A DNA stretch of 48,882 nt, taken from an uncultured Bacteroidales bacterium (GTDB taxonomy: Bacteria > Bacteroidota > Bacteroidia > Bacteroidales > SZUA-534). The translations under genes and the position numbers were made by a program. Positions 16,918 through 28,900 of the stretch are shown here, piece after piece. The stretch is taken from positions 1 to 48,882 of the forward strand of contig CAYQPP010000001.1 in NCBI GenBank assembly GCA_964419235.1, in the 5' to 3' direction. How positions within the stretch are numbered: position 1 is the first letter of the stretch; every line of letters begins with the position of its first letter. The notes beneath the pieces were generated by a model. That model was not told the DNA's origin. It saw only the letters and a program-made list of their open reading frames with translations, and did not search any database.

Positions 16918-19900
16918 ATGAATTTTAAATACTGTATTATGAATTTTTACAAAAGAAAAACAAGGATTTTAAAGGTAGTAATGTTATTTGTTCTGTTTTT
17001 TTCGGCAACATCATTATTTGCTATTGATTATTATTCAAAAGGAAGTGCAAATTTTACGGTTGCAAGCAATTGGAATACTGCATCTAACGGAAGTGGTACT
17101 GATGCTTCGGGACTAACATTTTATAAGGATGCCTCAAATAAATTTATAATTCAAGATGGGCATACAATAACAATTAACGATTCAATAAATTGTTTAGGTA
17201 TTACAGTTGGAGGCGGAACGTCAGGAACATTAACATTTGGCAACGATGCTACTGCACATTGGGTTATTGTGCAAGGCACTTTTACCGTTGCCAGTGGTGC
17301 AACAGTTAATGTTGGTGCTTTTGGTGCAACACATAATATGCAAATTGAGGGTACATTAACCAATAATGGAACTATTAACCTTCGCAACAACTCAAGTCAA
17401 GTTGTAAACACAATACTCGACGGAACTTTTAGCATAACAGGCAATACCCCTAATTTTAACAACCTTACAATTAAAACAGGCACAATTACAGCATCTGTTG
17501 CTCTTAATATTGATGGTACTTTAACCATTGAAACCGGCGCAACATTTGCAGCAGGGGCTTTAACCCACACCGTTGCAGGCAACTGGACAGAGAATGGCAG
17601 TGGGGCTATGACAAGCACAGGTACTATTGAAATGGATGCCACGCTTGTTCAGTCAATAACAACAACTGCGGTTTTTAATAATATTACCTTTAAAAATGGA
17701 GGCATTGCATCAATAGGTGATAATATAACCGTAAACGGGAATTTTGTTATTGAAGGTAACACAAAAGTTACAACATCGTCAACTATTACGGCAAACGGAG
17801 ATTTTACGGTTAATGCCGGAAGTAAATATGAGGCAACCGACGGATACCTGTATTTTTTCGGAACCGACGCACAAACGATAACAGTAACCGACGATTGTGA
17901 ATTTGACAGAGTTTATTTCCAAAATACCGATGACGATGGCGATTTAAAAACCATTGTTGGTAATATGGTAATGGACGACTACTGTTATGTTTATGCCAAT
18001 GCCGATGTTGCAGCAGCAAGTACCATAACTTTTAAAAACGGGTTTAATTTAGGTGGTACGTGGAATTTTACCGGAACGGTTTACCTAAACGGTGGTACGT
18101 TTAGAGATGACATAAGTGGAGATAATAAATTCTCGATGGGTACAGCAGAAATTATTGTTGATGGGTACTCGTATATTATGGCAGGTGACACAATGGTAGT
18201 TGATAATGATTTTACTATAAATTCAGGCTACCTTGTTATTAACGATACTGCAATGTTGCAGGGCACAGGGGCAGACGATATTCTACTTGTTAAAGATAAC
18301 ACAACACTATACATTCGCGGACCGCAAAGTTTCCCGACAGGGTTTGGTACTTATACTTTTGAAGATTTATCGACAACAAGGTATGATGGTGTTATGGATC
18401 AAACCATTGAGGGTGGCATTAATTACGGAAGGTTATTTTTAAGGTACGGCACAAAAACGGCAAATGGATCGCTTGATATTGATGACTATCTATATTTGTA
18501 TGGTTCAAATGCTGCAAGCGATACGGTAACATTAAACTTAGGAAGTTATAACCACACGCTTGAGGGGCATATCTACAATTATAACAGTATAAACTCAATT
18601 ACCTGCTCGGGCGGTACTTTTACATTAGACGGCCCCGATGAGAACCAGTATATAAACGCAGCTGGTGTTGCAGGTGCTTCTTATACATTCAACAATTTAA
18701 CAATTACAAATTCAGCTCCAACGGCAATACGCACTAAAAGGATTCAAAGCGATATAACCCTTACGGGAAATTTCTCGGTAACAAATGCAGGCAGCAGCGC
18801 AAATTATTTGATTCTTGAAATATTCGATAACGAAATAACTAATAGTGGCGCAGGGCAAACTTTTTCTGTTGGTGCAAATGTTAGGGTTTATACTAATGGA
18901 GCCGATAATTTCGATAATATAGCTACTAATTTTACTTTAACGCTGAATAATTCATCAACAATAAGGTTTAACGGTAATGGTGTAGCACAAAAAATCCCCG
19001 CAGGGCATTACGGTACTATCGAGCTTTGGGGAAACGGAAATAAAACCGCCCAAGGTAATTTGAATATTGATGGCGAAGTTAAGTCAATGGGTTACTCTCC
19101 TGTTTTGGTTGACGATGGTAATGATTTTACCGTAGCAGGCAATTGGGAATTGGCAATTGCTTATACAAATATGACCGGGTCAACAACGTTTGACGGAGCC
19201 GACCAAACAGTTAGCGCATCTACTTTTGGAAATGTTATTTTTGGCGGATCGGGAACAAAATATATTGATGGCACGCTTGATGTCGTTGATAACGTTACTA
19301 TTAATAATGACATTACTGTTAATGCCGATAACAGGTATATTTACCTTGGTGGCAATTGGAACAACTCCGGTACCGGCACCTTTTCGCAAACAAACGGGCG
19401 CACAGTTTTTGATGGTACAAATGTTAATCAAACAATCAGTGTCAATACCTCAAACATGTTTGGCGATATCTATATAAACAAAACGGGGGCAAGCAAAACA
19501 CTTACTGCCAATAGCAACATTGATGTTAAGAGGAATTTTATTTTTACACAAGACAACGGAGATTTTGACTTAAACGGCAATACCTTGAATATTGGAGGCG
19601 ATTGGTATATTTATACAGGCTGTACATTTACGCATAACAATGGTAAACTTGTTTTTAACGGCGATTCTGAGGATCAACTTATTAGGAATTACAACTCATC
19701 GACAGAATATTACGATATTGAATTTAAAAATAGCGGTATTAAGCGGTTATATGAAAATGATTTCGATTTTAACGGCGATGTTTTTATAAATAGCGCAACG
19801 CTTTATGGTTATGGACATACGCTTAACGTGGCAGGCGACTGGACTAATACCGGAAGTTTTGAGAGTTCTGGCGTTGTTATTTTCGACGGGGCGGCACAAA

Positions 19901-22900
19901 CAATAGGCAGCTCTTCGTTTCATGATTTGGATATTGACGGTACGGGGGTAAAAACGTTGGGTGGCAATATATCATGTTCGGGCTGGCTAAAAATCGAACA
20001 GGGCGACACCCTTGATGTAAGTGCAACCAATTATAGCATTTCGGTTGAGGAGCATTGGTATAATAACGAAGGAGATGGTAGTGGGTATTTTGAGTGCAGA
20101 AACGGAACGGTAAATTTTGTTGGCGGTTATTCAAATATCGAAACCGGCGGAATAGGGGCAGGAAAACAGTTCTACAACCTTAACGTCAACAATTCTTCAT
20201 CATACACCCGACTTTACCCTACAAGCAGTAATAATTTGAAGGTGTTAAGGAATTTTACTTTGAATAGCGAATCATCATCGCGTTTTTATACCTATTATAA
20301 CGATGTTTATATAGGAGGTAGCTTAATAAACAATGGTGCTTATTATTATCAAAACTCCGATGCAACCCATAACAAAATTGTTTTTGACGGTCCTTCAGGT
20401 ACGCATGAAATTAATTTTGGCGATTTATATGTTGTGCAAGATACAATTGTTATTGATGGAGGTGCAACAGTAACATATAAATTAACCGGTGATTTGGTTT
20501 ATAGCCAAGGTGGTAACATGAGGATTGCCAACGGAAAATTTAATTTAAATCACCAAACCCTTGAAATGAATACAGGGGAGGTTATTATTCAGAATGGTGG
20601 TACTCTTGAAATAGACTCGGTGGCAGTTTTAAAAATAAACAATGGTGATACTTTAAAGAATTATGGGGGTATTTTCAAAATAGTTGGAGGTAGAGGTGCA
20701 CCGGCAACCCTTACTTCAAGAACAGGAAACTTTGAATATCTTCAAACAGGTTCATCTTCAGAGTTTCATGCAAAATACTATTTGATTAGTAACACACAAG
20801 GCAATGGCATTGAAATTCAAGATGGCTCAATAGATGCTACAAATAATCTATCATACGGAACGTTTACGGGCGGAGCAGGCACGGCTTACCTTACAATAAG
20901 TGGGGTTAACCTTGGGGCAGGACTTACATCAACCGAGGTTGGTTTTAACAATGGACCAACCTACAATGCTCAAAGAACTTCCGGTACGGGTGTAATTACT
21001 TTCTCTAATGCAACAGGAACATTTGCAGGAGCCGACCATGAAAATGATGTAGGCAATTTAATTAATTGGACAAACCCAGGCAGGATTACATGGGATGGTG
21101 ACGCCGGCACAACTAATTGGAACGACGCAAATAACTGGAACCCAAATGGAGTCCCCACCTCAAGCGACAATGTATATCTTGACAATTCAACCGTTGCCGG
21201 AGCTTATTCTGTTGTTATATCAACGGCAAACGATAGTGCCAATAGGGTTGATATTGCTGGCTCAAGCGCAATTACACTGTCATTAAACGGTGGCGACTTG
21301 ACAATTCTTGACAACTTGACTATAAACAGCGGGAATACCTTAGAGCAGATTAATGCGGCCGACACTTTAAGGGTAGGCGGTAATTTTTCGAACCAAGGAA
21401 CATACAATCCGCACAGCGTGGGAACAATTAAATTTAACCCAACAGGTGGGTATCATACAATAAACAGCGGAAGCAGTTTCTATAACTTCATAATAGCTTG
21501 CGATACTATCTCCACCTCGGTAGTGCTTGGTGCAAATATCGATATCGACAATAATATATCTATCCTTAGTGGAACACTGTCGGCATCGAATAAAAGGATA
21601 ACCGTTGGCGGTAACTGGGAGGTTAATGGCGGCACATTTGATTCAGGTACGGGTAGGGTTACTTTTGATAAAAGCTCAGGTGGAAACCAAACAATCTCAG
21701 GTGGATCATTTTATGATTTATATACATCAAATGCAGCAACAAAACAAATTACAAAAAATATTGAGATTAGTCGTTACTTTATAATTAATTCAGGCTCAAA
21801 TGTTGATGGAGGCGAGAAATTTATATACATAGGCGGGCGTTTTAATAATTATGAAGGCAAAAACGGTTTTACACAAACAGGCGATGGAACTGTAATTTTT
21901 AACGGCACGGGAGGCAGTTATCTACAAAATGCAGCCCACGATTCTACTATTTTTAACAACTTGACGTTTCAGGGTAATGGTACTAAATATGTTTACGATA
22001 CAATTGTTGTAAAAGGCAATTTAATAAACCAGCAAGGGTCGAACACATATCTTTTTGAAGATTCATATATTACCGGCGAGGGCGGCTCAAATACTTTTAC
22101 AATGACAGGCGGTACGCTTTATGTGCGTGGTGAAAATAATTTTCCAGATAATTTTGAGACTATAAGTATTACCGAAGGGTATGTCGATTACTATTCAGAC
22201 ACAAACCAATTTATTTATCCTACAACATATTATAATTTAAGACTTAGGGCTATTCACCCCGATGATAATGATAACGTAAACACAAAAACTGTCTTGGCAG
22301 ATTTTACGGTAACAAACTATTGTGTCGTTTATGATTCATTAACAACGTTCGATATGAATAATCACACCTTAACAATAGGTGGTTACCTCGATTTTCGCTT
22401 TGCCGAAACGCCTCAAATAAACTGGGGTACCGGTTCGGTTATTTTTAATGGCGGGGGTGTAGGTATCGATCCTTATATCCATATTTTTAATAATTTCACT
22501 AAATCGGGTACAGGCTGGGTAACTTTATACGATACCATTCAGGTTAATGGAAATATGACATTTGAGTCGGGTACAAACCTTAATATGCGAACCCATAAAA
22601 TAACTTGTGGTAGTAGTGGCAAAATTTTTTCTATCGGAGATAATTCTCGTATATACACTTATGTACTGTCCAATAACAATGCATTAACCGATAATCCTGG
22701 CATACCAACAGGTTTTGACACATATGTTTTACACCCAAAATCGTTTGTATGGTACAGGGGTTTAGGCAAACAGACTATTTATACAAATGGTGGTACAATT
22801 GATTACGGTAACCTTAATATCTATACCAATACTACCGACACACTATCGCTCGATGGCAATTTAGATGTTAATGGTAATTTTAGGATGTACTACAACAACC

Positions 22901-25900
22901 CCGTGCTTATTGATTCGGGATATAATATTAACTTGTCGGGCTCATTCATTGATTTAAGAAATTACCATCCGTCAAATACCATAACCTTGGATGGAACCAC
23001 ACAAACACTTGTTAATTATGCAGGTAACGATACATTGAAATTCAACAATTTGGTTTTAAACGGTTCAACAGGACAAAAAACATTTAACGAAACCGTAACG
23101 CAAGTTAAAGGCAACCTTACGGTTGGAGCTAACGACACGATGTATGTGGTTTACGATATGGAATTCTCCGGTGGCAGTTTTACAAACAACGGCTATTTCA
23201 GGCATATCAGAAATACCGTAATTGTTAATGGCGATGCCCAAACAATCGACCCCGGTGCAAAAAATGATTTTTACGGGGTGCTGTTTACCAATGGAAACAC
23301 TAAAACATTTTCTAATCATGGTATAAATGTAGGCAATGGCACTTTCCGTATTCAAGATACAACCGAAGTTGATTTAGGTGCATTAACCCATACCTTTTCA
23401 TCGGTTAATATTGAGTTTGAAGATGTTACTGTTGACTCATTGCATGCCACAAATGCAGTTGTCAATTTTGACAGAAATGGTACCCAGTATATACCAAAAA
23501 TGGTGGCAAGTGGTTTGTCATTTTCAACCGGAGGGTGGAAAATTTTGACAGATACAGTTTGGGTTGGCGATGTAACAATTAACGGAGGTGCTTATTTTAG
23601 GCCTGGCGATGTTAGTCCTAATGCATTCCCAATGTATGTTCATGGCAATTGGTCAAATAGCGGCTATTTCCGTTCGCACGAAGGAACTGTCTATTTTGAG
23701 AGTTACGACACCAATCCAAAAACAATAAAATCAAACGGGTATTCATTTTATAATGTAATGTTTAATCAAGACAGTACGCATACAAGGACTTATACCCTTA
23801 CCGACGATGCCGTTTTTACCGAAGATTTGACAATTGGCAATGGCGCAACGCTTGACTTAAATGGCAAAAACTTACAGCTCGGCAACAATGATGCCGGAGA
23901 GCCTGCCGGAGAGCAACACATAATACAAAACGGAGGGGTGCTTGATGTTGATGCCGGCGCAAACCTGTTGATTGATTGTTACGACGATACTGCAAGCGTT
24001 GTTGTTCAGTCGGGCGGTGTATTATCGGTAATAGGTGCTGAAGGAAACCATGCAACGGTTACACGGGCATCAAATAGGTATGCCTATGATATCACTATTG
24101 AATCTGGGGCAACCATTAAGGCAAAATATTATCATTTTCAGTATTTGGCCGATAGCGGGCTGTATGTAAAAAGCGGTGCTACGGTTGATGCCACAAACAA
24201 TTTCTCATACGGCATTTGGTCAAATATATATACAGGCACAAATCACGGCGTGCAGCGTTACCTATTTATCGATACCGATATTAGCGCAATAAATAATATT
24301 ACCGATGTAACATTCAATCACGGTGGCACACCTACCGTGGGTACACATTATAATATCAAAAGAGGCGCTAATGCCGTTGGTACAATTACATTCGATGGAA
24401 CAATAAGCGGTTTGCTTGGTGGTGAGATATATGAGGACGAGGGCGACGGTAGCACAACAAACCCGGGCAGTATTGTATGGCCGCCTGTTACTTCGGTTAC
24501 TTGGACGGGGGCAACCAATACCGATTGGTTTACAGCCTCAAACTGGTCACCATCTCAAGTGCCCGATTTAACAAAAGATGCAGTAGTGCCTATTGTTACA
24601 AATAACCCTATTATTAATACTACCGATACGGCTAAGTGTAAATCACTAAATGTAACCGATGGTATTTTAGTTGTTGATGCAGGTATTGTTGAAATAAATA
24701 CCGATTTAACACTTGGGTCAGGTTCAATACTTGGTATTGGCGATTCGCACGCTACACTCATTGTAGGGCGCGACTGGAATTCGGCATCTGATGCTAATTT
24801 CCTTAACGGCGATGATACCGTAAAATTTGAATCAACCACAACTACGGCATTTATTACGCCGCGCAACGTTACATTTAAAAATGTACTTTTTAACGGTACC
24901 TCTACATTCTTTATCGAGGGAACATCAATTGATATCGATGGAGAGTTTAAAATAGTTAATGGTACTGTTTATCCTAATAACGCAGGTTATGTTTATTCAA
25001 TCGGCGGTAATTACAACAACGCAGGTGGTACATTCTCGACAGAAACAAGGGGTACTGTTGAATTTGATGGTGCTGCCCAAACAATTACAAATGGCACATT
25101 TAGCCAACTGGCAATTTCGGGTACGGGCACAAAAACAACCTCGGGTAATTTAAATTGTACCTATTATTATGGTAATGAGACTTACAGGGCATTAACTGTT
25201 AATTCCACATTAACAGCAGGCTCATCTTTTAATATTGATGGGAATGTTTATATAGCCTCGGGCGGAACGTTTAATGATGGCGGCGAAACCCATAATTTCT
25301 CCGGAAGGTATTGGAATGGAGAGGGCAGCTATTCCGGAACTGGCAAAATAATTTTCGATGGAGGGACACAAACCATTCAGGCTTCGTCGTTTAATAGTAT
25401 TCAGCTTAACAACGAAACCTCCGAAACCAATAACTGGAAATACCTTGGCGGCGATGTTGATTTAACCGGCGATTTGACAGTAAATTGTTATGGGTTTGTT
25501 TGTTACGACTATCAGATTACCAATACCGACGGCTCGGGTACTTTTACAATGTCTCAAATGGAAAGTCCGTATAACAGGATATATATAAGAGGGGCAAATA
25601 ATTATCCAACCGGTTTTTCATCATATGTTGCCGACAAAATGAGCTATCAGATTTATGACGGGACAATGGATCAAACTATAAAAGGGAAAGCTTTGGGTAG
25701 CGACCCTGTTGTTCAGTATGGATATCTGTATTTGAACAGCGCAACAACAAAAACACTTAGTGGGGATATTGATGTAAACGGGCGTTTGTATTTTTACAAT
25801 GAGGATGTAATTCTTGATGTAAGCACAAATAATTATAGAATTAATCTCGCAGGCAACTGGTATAACCAATATACAGGCAGTTTTATTTGCCGTCAGGGCG

Positions 25901-28900
25901 AAGTAATTATGGATGGCTCTTTATCGTGGCCGGGAACAAACCAATGGATTTACCTCGGGACATCGGGCACTAACGACTTTTATAAGCTTACAATAAACAG
26001 TACAAGCGATTACATGCGTATTTACAATACCGACATTACAGTTAGCAGTAATCTTAATGTTATTGAAGGCATGCTTTATCTTTATAATAACTTTACGGTA
26101 ACTGTTAATGGCGATATTACCGCATCAGGCAACGGAAAGTTTTATCAAACAGGAACATATAAACTTGCAAAATCGTCGGGTACGGCAAACATACAAATGA
26201 ATGGCTCTACATTAAATAACTTGACAATTGATGCAGGGGCAACCTATACATTATTAGATGACATTTCAATTAACGGGACATTCAATTTAGCTGCCGGAAC
26301 ATTCAACGGTAATGGAAATATGTTTAATATGGGTAATTATACCGATGCGGCAAACATTTCAGGGACATACAAGATAGGAGCAGGAGGCTCGCTTAGGCTT
26401 GGTAACCAAAATAGCTTTAATGTGTTGTCGGGTGGAGTTATCGAGGTTATAGGCTCCGAAGGCGATGTGGCAACAGTAACAAATCAGGGGGGTACCGGAA
26501 GATATAACTTCTCGGTTGAGAGCGGGGCTACCATAAAAGCAAAAAATTACCTGTTTGAATATATGACATCAAGTGGTATTTACTTAAAAAATGGCTGTAC
26601 TATTGATACCGATAATAAGTTTAACAGCGGAACTTTTACCAATCCGGCAAGTGGAGGTACTTGTTTAAGGGTTGAAAATACTCAAGATTTTACAGGCGCA
26701 ACACGTATTGAAAATGTTGCATTTCCTATAAATCCCGGAAATGGTACTTATAATGTAACAAAAACATCAACCATAACCGGAACTCTTGAATTTTACAATG
26801 CAACAGGTCCATTATCGGGTGAGTATTACGACAACGACCCTGGAAGCAATATTGATTGGACAGGTCCGGTTACATTAACATGGACAGGCGATATTGACGA
26901 GGATTGGTTTGATAAGCGTAACTGGGATGCCAGTAATAAGGTGCAGAAAATACCGACATCAACCGACGATGTAATTATTGCACAATCGTTAAACCCCCCT
27001 AAAATATCACAAGATAGTGCGCAGTCAAAAAACCTGACTATCGAAAACGGTGCGTTCTTAACACTCGATACCCCTACGGGCGATAATGATACAGCTTTGA
27101 TTGTAAGCGGTAACTTTACTAATGAAGGAACCTTTACAATGACAAACACTACCGATACACTTGTGGTTCATGGTAATTGGGAGAAAAAAACCGCAGCAAT
27201 ATTTAACCAAGGCAACGGTACTGTTGTGCTTAAAGTAACATCGGGCACAAAATCATTAATAAATGGCGATGCATCATTCAATAATTTAGTAATTGATGCC
27301 GTAGGTACGCTTGAGTTAAACTCAGATACATATATTGGTAACGATTTTAAAATACTGTCAGGAACACTTGATGCTGCTGATAACAATTATGATTTATATA
27401 TTGGAGGCAGCTTCTTAAACTCCGGCACTTTTAATTCAAGGTCGGGAAAAATAACCTTTAATGGCACAACTGCCGGAACAGAAACGGTAAATACAGGCTC
27501 ATCAGATTTATATAATGTTGAGGTTGATGCAGGTGCAGGCACAACATACCAATTATCGACAGATATTACCGTTAACGGCAATTTTGATGTAAGCGGCGGA
27601 ACATTCGATTTTAATGGGAATACGCTTGAATTTGGCGATGGCACAGGCTCCGATGTATTAACCGTTGATGGCGGAACGCTGTTTGTTGACGAAAATGCAT
27701 TTTTGGAAATGGGAAACAGCGCCTCTATCGTTGTTAACTCAGGCGGTACGTTTAAGGCAATAGGTGTTGACGACGATAATGTGGCAACAATTACAAGCCA
27801 AGCCACAACCAACTATTCGTTTACGATTAATTCAGGCGGCGAATTGCAGGCAAAATATTATGATGTGTCATATATCGGGTCAACAGGTATTTGGCTAAAA
27901 TCGGGGGCAACGCTAAACAGCACCTATAATCTATCCAACGGAACATTCTCAAACGGTGTTTCGGGCGGACGATACCTGTTGTTTGAAAATGCATTAACGG
28001 TTGGGGCAAACGATACAATCCGCGACATGATATTCAATAGTGGGGCATCAATAAATGCCAAACGGGTTACAGGCACAAATGCTGTTGTTTTTAAAGATGC
28101 ATTTGGCTTGCGCGGAAGCTATTATTATGAAGAAGATGAGGAGGCTTCGCCCGCTGCACATACAGGTTTAGTGCGCTGGTTCTATACCGACCCCACCTTA
28201 ACATGGACAGGTAATGACCACGCAATAAATGTTCGCTGGGATAACACAAACAACTGGGATGACGGAAGCGGGGGCGGAGGTGTGCCAACATACAATACAA
28301 ACGTGTTTATACCTGATGTAACTTACGACCCTGTTTTAAGCGCAGGCACCGACGATTCTGTTAAAAACATAACTATTTATAGTGGTGGCCATCTTACAAT
28401 TGGTGGTGGAATGGACTTGATAGTGCAAAACAATGTAAGCGGCGAAGGCACGTTAACCATATCAAACAGTTCAGCCTCAACCATCGAGGTGGGCGATAAC
28501 TGGGATAACCTTGGTACGTTTGTTCATGGTGGTGCTTCTACTATAAAATTTGTTAAGTCGAGCGGCACAATAAATATAAACCCTGGCAGCAACGCGTTTT
28601 ATAATCTTGAATTCAATAGCGGAGGTAACGGTTCGGGGTCGGCAACATTTAGAACATCGGCAAGTTTTAATATTGATGGTAATTTGACAATAGCTGGCAA
28701 TACAACTTTTGAGGTAACGTCGGCATCGCACAATATTAATATAGGCGGCAACTACACAAACAATGGGACATTTGATGGCGATGGGGCAACTATTACTTTT
28801 GATGGCTCCGGCAACCAGTCGTTAACAAGCTCGGCAACCGAAATATTTACAAATATAGTTTTTGCAGGCGGTTCGGGTACCAAAACGCTTAATTGCAATA

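Noticed and set aside
16918-16945. Duplicated ATGAATTTT at 16918 and 16939, and the tandem TTTTAGGTA-TTTTAGGTA just upstream, as a possible regulatory slippage site.
   Set aside because: These are just two in-frame candidate start codons 7 codons apart. The short tandem is only two copies and has no homopolymer tract, so there is not enough signal for phase variation.
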